Positions 9,081 through 17,597 of a stretch of DNA of 32,000 nt are shown one piece after another (position 1 is the first letter of the stretch; each line of letters opens with the position of its first letter). The notes beneath the pieces are model-generated. The model was not told where the DNA came from, did no database searches, and worked only from the letters and a program-made list of their open reading frames with translations. The stretch comes from Halorhodospira halophila SL1 (GTDB taxonomy: Bacteria > Pseudomonadota > Gammaproteobacteria > Nitrococcales > Halorhodospiraceae), in the NCBI RefSeq assembly GCF_000015585.1, contig NC_008789.1, forward strand, positions 390,001 to 422,000. The letters are read 5' to 3'. The position numbers were made by a program, and so were the translations under genes.

Positions 9081-9878
9081 ATGCACTCCCCCCGGGACCT
9101 GTTCGAGCCGGCGGTACGCGATGAACTCTACACTCGCATGGAGGGGCGGACCACGCCGCTGTTTCTTGACTACGACGGCACCCTGACACCGATCGTCGAC
9201 AACCCGGCCGATGCGCAGCTCGATCCGGCCATGCGCCAGGCCCTGGAGGCGCTGGCGGCCCGCCAGACGGTCGCCCTGGTCAGCGGCCGCGACCTGCAGG
9301 CGCTGCAGCGCTTCGTCGGCCTGGATTCGGTCTACTACGCCGGCAGCCACGGCTTCGAGATCGTCGGCCCCGGCGGCGTCCACCGCTGCAACGAGGAGGC
9401 GGAGGCCGGCCTTGAGGCCCTGGCCGCGGCGGCCGAGGCGCTGGACACGGCCCTGGCGGAGGTCGAGGGCACCCTGCTCGAGCGCAAGCGCTTCGCCCTG
9501 GCCGTACACTACCGCAACACCCCGGAGGATCAGGTCGCGGCGGTGCGCGCGGCCGTCGACGAGGTCCTCGAGCGCCACCCGGGGCTGCGCTGCGGGCCGG
9601 GCAAGTGCGTCTTCGAGCTGCAGCCGGATGTCGCCTGGGACAAGGGCCGCGCCGTGCTCTGGCTGCTCGAGGCCCTGTCCCTGAACAACGGCGACACCCT
9701 GCCCATCTACATCGGCGACGACTGGACCGACGAGCACGCCTTCCGCGCCCTGGAGGGCCGGGGCGTCGGCATCTTCGTCGGCGACCTCGACCGGGCCACC
9801 GCCGCCGACTACCGGGTGGCCGACGTGGACGCCGTCCGCCAATTCTTCGAGCAGATGCTGAAGGGGCTGGAGCGATGA
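9081..9878 (+). CDS. otsB: Trehalose-6-phosphate phosphatase (OtsB-type HAD-IIB).
   Basis: It has LFLDYDGTLTPIV (DxDGT nucleophile), LVSGRDL, and the GDDWTDEHAF metal-binding motif near the C-terminus. AGGAGG lies 8 nt upstream of the ATG. The stop overlaps the next start (ATGA). Confidence 0.8.
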   Translation: MHSPRDLFEPAVRDELYTRMEGRTTPLFLDYDGTLTPIVDNPADAQLDPAMRQALEALAARQTVALVSGRDLQALQRFVGLDSVYYAGSHGFEIVGPGGVHRCNEEAEAGLEALAAAAEALDTALAEVEGTLLERKRFALAVHYRNTPEDQVAAVRAAVDEVLERHPGLRCGPGKCVFELQPDVAWDKGRAVLWLLEALSLNNGDTLPIYIGDDWTDEHAFRALEGRGVGIFVGDLDRATAADYRVADVDAVRQFFEQMLKGLER

Positions 9879-12298
9879 CGCTACCCGAGACCGAAGGCTG
9901 GCAACTGACCTACCAGGGCTGGCTGCCCGAACAGCAGCAACACCGCGAGGCCATCTGCGTGCTGGGCAACGGTCGCTTCGCGACCCGCGGCGCCTTCGAG
10001 GGGGCCGCCCCCGGCGACACCCACTACCCCGGCACCTACATGGCCGGCGGCTACAACCGGCGCACCAGTACTGTCTCCGGCCGCGGGGTCGAGAACGAAG
10101 ACCTGGTCAACCTGCCCAACTGGCTCTGCCTGAACTTCCGCCCCGCCGAAGGCGACTGGCTCGACTTCGATACCGTGGAGTGGCTGGACTACCGCCAGAC
10201 CCTGGACCTGCGCCACGGCGTGCTCACGTGGCACCTGCACTTCCGCGACCCGGCCGGGCGCGAGACCCGACTGACCAGCCGGCGCCTGATGCACATGGGC
10301 GACAGCCACCTGGCGGCCATCCACTGGGAGCTGGAGCCGGTGAACTGGACCGGGGCGCTGCACATCCGCTCGGGGATCGACGGCGGCGTCGAGAACCTGG
10401 GCGTGGCCCGCTACCGGGCCCTGGAGACCCGCCACCTGGATGTGCTCGCCACCGAATTCTTCAGCGACGAGGCGGTCCTGCTGCGCAGCATGACCAACCA
10501 GTCCCGGATCGACCTGGCCAACGCCGCACGCACCCGGGCCTGGCAGGCCGACGGCCGGGGGCCCGAGGCCCGCGAGCGCGTCGAGACCGATGCCTACCTC
10601 GGCCACGACCTGACCCTGCAGGCGGAACCGGGGCAGCCGATCCGGGTGGAGAAGGTCGCCGCCCTGTACAGCGGCCGCGACCGGGCGATCTGCGAGCCGG
10701 GCATCGACGCCACGGCGGCGGTGGAACGGGCGCCGGGCTTCGATGAGCTGCTGCGCTCCCACGCCAAGGCGTGGGAGCGCTACTGGCGCGGCTGGGATGT
10801 AACACTGCACACCGACAACAACGGCGATGCCGAAGAGCAGACGGTGCTGCGCCTGCACATCTTCCACCTGCTGCAGACCACCTCGCTGCACACCACCGAC
10901 CTGGACGTGGGGGTGCCGGCGCGCGGCCTGCACGGCGAGGCCTACCGCGGCCACATCTTCTGGGACGAACTCTTCATCCTGCCACTGCTCAACCTGCACA
11001 GCCCGGAGATCAGCCGGGCCCTGTTGATGTACCGCTACCGCCGCCTGCCCGAGGCCCGCCGGGCGGCGAGCGCCGAGGGTCTGCGCGGGGCCATGTACCC
11101 GTGGCAGAGCGGCAGCAGCGGTCGGGAGGAGACCCAGACCCTGCACCTCAACCCGGCGTCGGGCCGCTGGCTGCCGGACGACACCCACCGCCAGCGCCAC
11201 GTCAACGCCGCCATCGCCCACAACATCTGGCGCTACTACGAGGTCTCCGGCGACACCGACTTCATGGCCTTCGCCGGCGCCGAGATGATCCTGAGCATCG
11301 CCCAGTTCTGGGCCAGCCTGGCCACCTACAACCCCGAGCGCCAGCGCTACGAGATCCACGGCGTCGTCGGCCCCGACGAGTTCCACACCCGCTACCCGGA
11401 CAGCGACACCATCGGCCTGTCCAACAACGCCTACACCAACGTCATGGCCGCCTGGTGCCTGCACATCGCCGAGCAGGCCCTGGAGGTGATCGGCCCGACG
11501 CCGCGCAACGAGCTCCTCGACCGCCTGGAGATCGACCAGGCGGAACTGGCCCGCTGGCAGGAGATCGGCCAGCGGATGTTCATCCCCTTCCACGGCGACG
11601 GCATCATCAGCCAGTTCGAGGGCTACGAGCAGCTCGAGGAGCTGGACTGGGCCGGCTACCGGGAGCGTTACGGCAACATCCAGCGGCTCGACCGCATCCT
11701 CGAGGCCGAGGGCGAGGACATCAACCGCTACCAGGCGAGCAAGCAGGCCGACCTGCTGATGCTCTTCTACCTCTTCCCCCGACAGCAGATTGAGAGCCTG
11801 TTGGCCGAGATGGGCTACGAGCTGGACGCCGAGGCCATCCCGCGCAACATCGCCTACTACGAGGCCCGCACCTCCCACGGCTCGACGCTGAGCAACATCG
11901 TCCACTCCTGGGTGCTGGCGCGCTCGGACCGGCAGCGCTCCTGGGATCTGTTCGGCAACGCCCTGATCAGCGACCTGGGCGATAGCCAGGGGGGCACCAC
12001 CAAGGAGGGGATCCACCTCGGGGCGATGGCCGGCACCGTGGACCTGGCCCTGCGCGGCTACACCGGCATGGAGCCCCAGGACGGCGTCCTGTGGCTCGAC
12101 CCGATGCTGCCCGACGGCCTCCACGAGGTGGAGCACAAGATCCACTACCGCGGCCACTGGATCCACCTGGTGATCAACCACACCCGGCTGACCCTGCGGC
12201 TGGAGGAAGGGCCCTGGCCACCGGTGCGCATTGGCTACCGCGACCGGATCCACGACCTGCACCAGGGCGAGACCCTGGAACTGGCCTACGAGCGCTAG
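9875..12298 (+). CDS. Glycoside hydrolase family 65 phosphorylase (trehalose / trehalose-6-P / kojibiose phosphorylase-like).
   Basis: The 807-aa product has typical GH65 N-terminal-domain sequence (W.L.Y.G..P..Q..REA.CVLGNGRFATRG). It also has central (alpha/alpha)6 blocks (GEAYRGHIFWDELFILP, MYPWQSG, YEIHGVVGPDEFH, NNAYTN). The start is set at the ATG at 9875 (MTLPETEGW), overlapping the otsB stop, rather than the track's 9605. Confidence 0.85.
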   Translation: MTLPETEGWQLTYQGWLPEQQQHREAICVLGNGRFATRGAFEGAAPGDTHYPGTYMAGGYNRRTSTVSGRGVENEDLVNLPNWLCLNFRPAEGDWLDFDTVEWLDYRQTLDLRHGVLTWHLHFRDPAGRETRLTSRRLMHMGDSHLAAIHWELEPVNWTGALHIRSGIDGGVENLGVARYRALETRHLDVLATEFFSDEAVLLRSMTNQSRIDLANAARTRAWQADGRGPEARERVETDAYLGHDLTLQAEPGQPIRVEKVAALYSGRDRAICEPGIDATAAVERAPGFDELLRSHAKAWERYWRGWDVTLHTDNNGDAEEQTVLRLHIFHLLQTTSLHTTDLDVGVPARGLHGEAYRGHIFWDELFILPLLNLHSPEISRALLMYRYRRLPEARRAASAEGLRGAMYPWQSGSSGREETQTLHLNPASGRWLPDDTHRQRHVNAAIAHNIWRYYEVSGDTDFMAFAGAEMILSIAQFWASLATYNPERQRYEIHGVVGPDEFHTRYPDSDTIGLSNNAYTNVMAAWCLHIAEQALEVIGPTPRNELLDRLEIDQAELARWQEIGQRMFIPFHGDGIISQFEGYEQLEELDWAGYRERYGNIQRLDRILEAEGEDINRYQASKQADLLMLFYLFPRQQIESLLAEMGYELDAEAIPRNIAYYEARTSHGSTLSNIVHSWVLARSDRQRSWDLFGNALISDLGDSQGGTTKEGIHLGAMAGTVDLALRGYTGMEPQDGVLWLDPMLPDGLHEVEHKIHYRGHWIHLVINHTRLTLRLEEGPWPPVRIGYRDRIHDLHQGETLELAYER

Positions 12299-12363
12299 CG
12301 GCGGGACTGGCCTCCCGCCGCCGCGGCCGCTAACGTGGGATCCGGACCCGGTGTGGAGGCCCC

Positions 12364-12861
12364 ATGGACCCGATGAATGACCCGCAATCGCTGTGGACCG
12401 TCTGGCTCACCCTGGCGGTGGTGCTGCTCGGCATCGAGATTCTCCTCGCCGGGGGCGCCGCCGGGGTGCTCATGGCCCTGGCCGTCATGGCCTTCGCCGG
12501 TATGGCCATGGCCCTGTTCGGCGCCCCGCTGGTGGCGCAGATCGCCGTGGCCATCCTGGCCGGGCTGGCCTCTCTGCCGTTCATGGTCTGGGTCTTCCGG
12601 CGTATGGGGCGCGGCGGCGGGCCGCCGTCGGCCGACGACAGCGCCCTGCGCCGCACCGCCTTCGAGGCCTACTACGACGCCCGCGGTCACCTGCGCGTGC
12701 GCGCCTTCGGCGACCACCTGATGGCCATCCCCGACCCCACCGACCAGCCCGAGATCGAGCCAGGCAGCGCGGTGCGCATCGTCCGGCTGGAGGGGACCCG
12801 GGCCATCGTCCGCCCGGTGGATGCCCCGGTGGGGGCACGACTCGACGACGCCCAGGCGTGA
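12364..12861 (+). CDS. NfeD-family membrane protein, short form: N-terminal TM helices plus a C-terminal OB-fold.
   Basis: The 165-aa product has three hydrophobic helices followed by a soluble tail (GSAVRIVRLEGTRAIVRPVD) typical of the NfeD C-terminal beta-barrel. GGAGG lies 4 nt upstream of the ATG. Confidence 0.6.
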   Translation: MDPMNDPQSLWTVWLTLAVVLLGIEILLAGGAAGVLMALAVMAFAGMAMALFGAPLVAQIAVAILAGLASLPFMVWVFRRMGRGGGPPSADDSALRRTAFEAYYDARGHLRVRAFGDHLMAIPDPTDQPEIEPGSAVRIVRLEGTRAIVRPVDAPVGARLDDAQA

Positions 12862-12949
12862 ACCCGAACCGCCCCAGTATGGTCTCTGTGGGGGGAGACG
12901 CATCACAGCGTCTACGACCTGGAAACCGACCCAACAGGGGGAGTCACCC

Positions 12950-13153
12950 ATGCCCTATAAGCTAGGAATCATTGCGCTGTTCGCCCTGCTGCTCGGTGCT
13001 GGCTGCGCCGGCACCGGCGACGAACCGGAGCCCACCGACGACCCGTGGGGCGAGCCGGAGCAGCAGGAGCCAGCGCCGGCGCCCGAGCCGGAGCAGCAGC
13101 CGATGCCGGAGCAGGAGCCGGCACCGACTCCTGAGGGCGACATGGGCTGGTAA
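12950..13153 (+). CDS. Small (67 aa) acidic Pro/Glu/Gln-rich lipoprotein; hypothetical.
   Basis: It starts MPYKLGIIALFALLLGAG-C, a signal peptide plus lipobox. AGGGGGAG lies upstream of the ATG at 12950. A strong intrinsic terminator follows. The mature part is low complexity (EPEQQ repeats), so the coding call rests on the signal peptide, RBS and terminator context. Confidence 0.55.
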   Translation: MPYKLGIIALFALLLGAGCAGTGDEPEPTDDPWGEPEQQEPAPAPEPEQQPMPEQEPAPTPEGDMGW

Positions 13154-13187
13154 CCGGCCGGGACCCAGCCCCGTATCCGGTGCTGCG

Positions 13188-13226
13188 AAACGGGGTTCGA
13201 GACAATACTCGGACCCCGTTTTTATT
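13188..13226 (+). terminator. Rho-independent terminator.
   Basis: aaacggggttcgag-acaata-ctcggaccccgttt forms a stem of about 14 bp (one G-U pair) with a 6-nt loop, followed by tttatt. Confidence 0.8.
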
Positions 13227-13293
13227 GGGCTATTGAGGGGCACCGGCCTTTTGGTCCACCTTATGCGCTCTTCGATCCCTGATGGAGGCATGC

Positions 13294-14766
13294 ATGGAGT
13301 CTTATAGGCAGCGCATTGGACTGTTCCTGGGGCCGGTGGTCGCACTGGCCGGATTCCTGATCGGTCCGCCGGGAGAACTGAGCCAGGCGGAGTGGAGCGT
13401 CGCCCTGGTCGCCATCCTGATGGCCATCTGGTGGATCAGTGAGGCGTTGCCCCTCGCCGCCACGGCCCTGGTCCCCATCGTCGCCTTCCCGCTGCTGGGG
13501 GTCATGGAGGTCGGCGACGTCACCGAGGCCTACGGCAACCACCTGATCTACCTGTTCCTGGGTGGCTTCTTCATCGCCGTCACCATGCAGCGCTGGAACC
13601 TCCATCGGCGCATCGCCCTGCACACCATCAACCTCGTCGGCCCCTCACCGCGACGGATCATCCTCGGCTTCATGCTCGCCACCGCCGGGCTGTCCATGTG
13701 GATCAGTAACACGGCCACGGCGATGATGATGCTGCCCATCGCCCTGGCGGTGCTCAAGCAGAGCCAGGAGGAGGCTGAGCAGAACGGCCAGGAGCTGCCC
13801 CGGGGCTTCGGCGTGGTGCTGATGCTCGGCGTTGCCTACGCCGCCTCCATCGGGGGCATCGCCACGCTGATCGGCACGCCGCCCAACGCCGTGCTCGCCG
13901 GTCAGGCCCAGGAGCTCTACGACATCGAGATCACCTTCGCCGGCTGGATGGCCTTCGGCCTGCCGCTGTCGATCCTCTTCCTGGGCATCGCCTGGGTCTA
14001 CCTGGCCTTTGGCCGCCACTGCCGTGGCATCGGGCATCTGGTCAGCGGCCGCGAGACCATCCGCCAGGAGCTGGCCGAGATCGGCCGCATGGCCCCGGCC
14101 GAGCGCCGCGTGCTGACCGTCTTCGTGCTGGTGGCCCTGGCCTGGGTGTCCCGCGGCTTCCTGCCCGAGGGCGTCCTCGACGAGTTCGGCGACGCCAGCA
14201 TCGCCATGGCCGGTGCCCTGGCCCTGTTCCTGCTGCCCTCGGGCAAGGAGAAAGGGCAGCGCCTGCTCGACTGGGACACCGCCGTGAAGATCCCCTGGGA
14301 CATCGTCCTGCTGTTCGGCGGCGGCTTCGCTCTGGCGGCCGGTTTCGGGGCCAGCGGGCTGTCCGAGAGCCTGGCCGAAGGCCTGCAGGTGCTCGACGGC
14401 GTCTCCATCTTCCTGATCATCGCCGCCTGCGTCGCCCTGGTGGTCTTCCTCACCGAGGTGACCTCCAACACCGCCACGGCGACGGTGTTCATCCCGCTGA
14501 TGGGTGCGCTGGCCGTGGCCACCAACTTCAACCCGCTGGTGCTGATGGCCGCCGTGGCGGTGGCTGCCTCCTGCGCGTTCATGCTGCCGGTGGCCACGCC
14601 GCCCAACGCCGTGGTCTTCGGCAGCCGGGCCCTGACCGTGCCGGACATGGCCCGCGCCGGGCTGCTGTTGAACCTGGTCACCATCGTGCTGACCACGCTG
14701 TTCGTCTACTTCCTGCTGCCGGTGGCCCTCGGCGTGGAGCTGACCACCATCATCGAGAAGCAGTAA
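13294..14766 (+). CDS. DASS/SLC13-family Na+-coupled anion (sulfate/di- or tricarboxylate) symporter.
   Basis: The polytopic product of about 490 aa has the two family hairpin motifs: SNTATAMMMLPI in the N-terminal half, and SNTATATVFIPL / PVATPPNAVVF in the C-terminal half. I chose the ATG at 13294 (GGAGG with a 5-nt spacer). An in-frame ATG at 13282 is the alternative. Confidence 0.8.
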   Translation: MESYRQRIGLFLGPVVALAGFLIGPPGELSQAEWSVALVAILMAIWWISEALPLAATALVPIVAFPLLGVMEVGDVTEAYGNHLIYLFLGGFFIAVTMQRWNLHRRIALHTINLVGPSPRRIILGFMLATAGLSMWISNTATAMMMLPIALAVLKQSQEEAEQNGQELPRGFGVVLMLGVAYAASIGGIATLIGTPPNAVLAGQAQELYDIEITFAGWMAFGLPLSILFLGIAWVYLAFGRHCRGIGHLVSGRETIRQELAEIGRMAPAERRVLTVFVLVALAWVSRGFLPEGVLDEFGDASIAMAGALALFLLPSGKEKGQRLLDWDTAVKIPWDIVLLFGGGFALAAGFGASGLSESLAEGLQVLDGVSIFLIIAACVALVVFLTEVTSNTATATVFIPLMGALAVATNFNPLVLMAAVAVAASCAFMLPVATPPNAVVFGSRALTVPDMARAGLLLNLVTIVLTTLFVYFLLPVALGVELTTIIEKQ

Positions 14767-14796
14767 ACCCGACGGGGAGTGCACCTCCCCGCAGCC

Positions 14797-14830
14797 AGGC
14801 CGCCGACCCGCCGGGGTCGGCGGCCTTTTT
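14797..14830 (+). terminator. Rho-independent terminator located between the convergent DASS and dinG genes.
   Basis: aggccgccgaccc-gccg-gggtcggcggcct forms a 13-bp stem with a 4-nt loop, running into ttttt on the + strand. The same hairpin would also form in the dinG transcript, but without a U-tract. Confidence 0.75.
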
Positions 14831-14842
14831 CGTTGGGGGGGA

Positions 14843-16978
14843 TCAGTCGAGGCGGCGGCGGAACGGTGGCAGGGCGTCGAGGAGCTGACGACCGTAGCGC
14901 TGGGTCACCACCCGACGGTCGAGGATGGTGATCCGCCCCCGATCATCCTCCGAGCGCACCAGCCGGCCGCAGGCCTGGATCAGGCGCAGCGAGGCCCGCG
15001 GCAGGCTGAGGGTGTGGAAGGAGGAGCGCTGCTGATCCTCCAGCCACTCGCCGAGGGTGGCGATCACCGGCTCGGTGGGAACACCGAAGGGGATGCGCTC
15101 GATGACCACGTGATCGCAGTAGCGGCCGGGCAGATCCACCCCCTCGGCCATGCCCGCCAGCCCGAACAGGATGCTCCCCTGCCCGGCATCGACGGCCTCG
15201 CGGTGGCGCTCGAGCATCGCCTCGCGGGAACGTTCGCCCTGGCACTGCAGCTGCTCACGCAGGGTCTCCGGCAGGGCCTGGGCCACCCGCTCCATGCGCT
15301 GGCGGCTGGTGAAAAGCACCAGCGCCGCCTCGTAAGGGTCGAGGAGCTCCGGCAGCCACTGGCAGACCTCGGCCAGGTGCGCCTCGGCGTTGCGCGGGTC
15401 ACTGCGCAGCGCCGGTACGTGGAGCAGCGAGCGGCTGTAGTCGAAGGGGGATGGCAGCCACCCCTGGCTGATGAGGGCGTCGTCCTCGGGGAGACCGAGA
15501 TCGCTGCGCAGGTGATCGAAGCGCCCCAGCGCCCTCAGCGTGGCGCTGGTGATCACGGCACCGGCACAGCGATCCCACAACCGCCGGGCCAGCTCACCGG
15601 CCACCGAGACCGGCGAGACCGAGACCCGGTGATCCACGGCACCGTCCGACTCCGCCTGGCGCTCCACCCAGCGGGCCACGGGCGGCACGCCGGCAGCCTC
15701 CTGCTCGCCGAGCAGCTGCCAGGTGGTGGCCAGGTTCGCCGCCCGCTCGCGCAGGAAGCCGAGCCGCGGCAGCTGGCGCTCCAGCTCCTGGGTGTCGCCG
15801 CGCTGCGCCTCCAGGGCGCTGTAGACCCGATCGGTGAACGCCTGCAGGGCCTCGTGGAGTCCCCGCGCCGGGTCGGCCACGCGCCCGGCCAGCTCGCGCA
15901 CAGGGTCGGGGGCCTGGCCGGCGCGGAAGCGCCAGCGCTCCCCCTCAGCGTCGGCGCGGTAGTTGTGCTGGAGGAAGGTGTCCGCCTCCTGCAGTGCGGC
16001 GGCCACCTCGCTGAGGCGTTCCTGCAGCCGTTGCGCCTCGGCGTCCGGCGGCTCGCCGGCCGTGTCGTCCGGCAGCACCGCCGCGGTGTCCGTGGCAACG
16101 CCCTCGCCCTCCTCCAGCCACGTCCGCGCCGCCTGCACGCGGGCACTGGCGGCGAAGCGCTGCACCGCCTTGGCGGCCAGGTGGTGGCCCTCGTCGATGA
16201 CGTAGAGCGCCTGCTCCGGGGGCGGCAGCAGCACGCCGCCCTGCTCCTCGCCGAGCTGCAGGTCGGCGAGGAGCAGATCGTGGTTGGTGATCACCACCTC
16301 GGCGCGGGCCACCCGGTCGCGGGCCGCGTAGACCGGGCAGCCCTCGAAGTGGGCACACCGCCGCCCGGAGCAGGAGTGGCTGGTGGAGGTGATCATCGGG
16401 CGCAGGTCGTCGGCCACGCCGTCGGCCCATTCGTCCAGGTCGCCGCCCCAGCGCTCCCCGTCCAGGGCCTCGGCCATCGCCTGCAGCTGCTCGGGCTCGC
16501 CCGGCTGCGGCGGGCGCGGCCAGCGCGCGGTGCCCAGGACCTCGCCGGCCAGCGCCTGCTGCGCCCCCGACTCAGCCTGCCCGGACTGGCCGACCAGCTC
16601 GTTGAGGTTGCGCGGGCAGAGGTAGCGTCCGCGGCCTTTGGCCACGGTGGCGTCGACCTCGATGCCGGCGTAGCGGGCCAGCTTGGGCAGGTCCTGGTGG
16701 AGAATCTGCTCCTGCAGGCCCACCGTGGCGGTGGCGATGACCAGCGGCAGGTCGCGGCTCCGGGCCACGGGTACCCCGCCGAGCAGATAGCTGAGGCTCT
16801 TGCCGGTGCCGGTGGGCGCCTCGATGGCCAGCAGGCGGTGGGGGTGATCCGCATCGAAGGCCTTGGCGACCTCCCAGATCATGCGTTTCTGCGCCTCCCG
16901 CTCGCGGAATCCGGGCATCTCGTCGCGGACCCGGCGGTAGGCGGTGGCGATGGTGTCGGTGATATCAGGCTCGGGCAT
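14843..16978 (-). CDS. dinG: ATP-dependent DNA helicase DinG (XPD/Rad3-like, Fe-S cluster helicase).
   Basis: The 711-aa product has Walker A (IEAPTGTGKSLSYL), a DEGH box (VIDEGHHL) and the Fe-S cysteines (YLCPRN...HSCSGRRCAHFEGCPVY). It is colinear with E. coli DinG from the N-terminus. Confidence 0.9.
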   Translation of the reverse strand: MPEPDITDTIATAYRRVRDEMPGFREREAQKRMIWEVAKAFDADHPHRLLAIEAPTGTGKSLSYLLGGVPVARSRDLPLVIATATVGLQEQILHQDLPKLARYAGIEVDATVAKGRGRYLCPRNLNELVGQSGQAESGAQQALAGEVLGTARWPRPPQPGEPEQLQAMAEALDGERWGGDLDEWADGVADDLRPMITSTSHSCSGRRCAHFEGCPVYAARDRVARAEVVITNHDLLLADLQLGEEQGGVLLPPPEQALYVIDEGHHLAAKAVQRFAASARVQAARTWLEEGEGVATDTAAVLPDDTAGEPPDAEAQRLQERLSEVAAALQEADTFLQHNYRADAEGERWRFRAGQAPDPVRELAGRVADPARGLHEALQAFTDRVYSALEAQRGDTQELERQLPRLGFLRERAANLATTWQLLGEQEAAGVPPVARWVERQAESDGAVDHRVSVSPVSVAGELARRLWDRCAGAVITSATLRALGRFDHLRSDLGLPEDDALISQGWLPSPFDYSRSLLHVPALRSDPRNAEAHLAEVCQWLPELLDPYEAALVLFTSRQRMERVAQALPETLREQLQCQGERSREAMLERHREAVDAGQGSILFGLAGMAEGVDLPGRYCDHVVIERIPFGVPTEPVIATLGEWLEDQQRSSFHTLSLPRASLRLIQACGRLVRSEDDRGRITILDRRVVTQRYGRQLLDALPPFRRRLD

Positions 16979-17044
16979 GGCGCCAGTCTAACCGCCGGCG
17001 GCCGGTCAGCGGGAGCGAGGGATGGCCGGACGATGGCGGCGGGG

Positions 17045-17073
17045 TTGCCTGGGTATACGTTATTCCATATATT
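17045..17073 (+). promoter_or_regulatory. Putative sigma70 promoter positioned to produce a leaderless rhodanese mRNA.
   Basis: TTGCCT (17045-17050), a 17-nt spacer, then TATATT (17068-17073). The A of the ATG at 17080 lies 7 nt after the -10 element, and there is no Shine-Dalgarno sequence. Confidence 0.4.
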
Positions 17074-17079
17074 GCGCGC

Positions 17080-17547
17080 ATGTTGATCGACCAGCTTCGC
17101 GCCTACTGGCACCACGCCGCCCACCGACTACCGACCCCCGAGGGCCTGCGCCGGCATGCCGTAGCCCTTCCCCTGCTGGCCTTGATTGCCGTCCCGGTGG
17201 GGCCGGCCAGCGCCGGCTACCATTCCGTAGCCCCAAGCCTGGAGGCGCTGCTCGCCTTCGACGGGGTGCTCATCGACATCCGCAGGCCCTACGAGTGGCA
17301 ACAGACGGGTGTCGTCGAAGGCTCCGTGCAGCTGACCTTCTCTAACCCCGACTCCTTCCTCGAGGCACTGGAGCCGCACCTGGAGGCGGGCACCCCCATC
17401 GCCCTGATCTGCCGCACCGGCAGCCGCACCCAACAGGCCGGGCGGATGCTGGCCCGCCACCTGGATGTGCCGGTGATCAACATCGAGGGCGGCATCGTCC
17501 GGCTCATGCACCTGGGCTACGACCCGGTCCCCCCGAACGGGCGGTAA
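17080..17547 (+). CDS. Single-domain rhodanese (sulfurtransferase), probably exported, PspE-like.
   Basis: It has the rhodanese fold signature LIDIRRPYEWQQTGVVEGS and the active-site loop LICRTGSRT (Cys in a 6-residue loop). The N-terminal hydrophobic segment RRHAVALPLLALIAVPVGPASA looks like a signal peptide. Confidence 0.8.
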   Translation: MLIDQLRAYWHHAAHRLPTPEGLRRHAVALPLLALIAVPVGPASAGYHSVAPSLEALLAFDGVLIDIRRPYEWQQTGVVEGSVQLTFSNPDSFLEALEPHLEAGTPIALICRTGSRTQQAGRMLARHLDVPVINIEGGIVRLMHLGYDPVPPNGR

Positions 17548-17568
17548 AGCAGCACAACAAATACATCA

Positions 17569-17582
17569 TTGATAACCCTCAA
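17569..17582. promoter_or_regulatory. FNR/CRP-family-type box 1 (TTGATaaccCTCAA).
   Basis: It matches TTGAT-N4-ATCAA at 9 of 10 positions. It sits in the only AT-rich island upstream of the oxidoreductase operon. Confidence 0.45.
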
Positions 17583-17597
17583 ACTCCTGTCTACCGT

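Noticed and set aside
9881-12262. A 793-aa minus-strand ORF opposite the GH65 gene.
   Set aside because: It has no recognisable motifs and a biased G/A/V/P/R composition. The plus-strand frame carries unambiguous GH65 blocks.
16979-17079. A LexA (SOS) box upstream of dinG.
   Set aside because: I looked for CTGT-N8-ACAG. The closest sequence is CTGGgtatacgtTATT, which lacks the ACAG arm, so there is no supportable SOS box.
15014-17086. A 690-aa plus-strand ORF opposite dinG.
   Set aside because: The minus-strand frame encodes a full-length DinG with Walker A, DEGH and Fe-S cysteines. The plus-strand product is low complexity.
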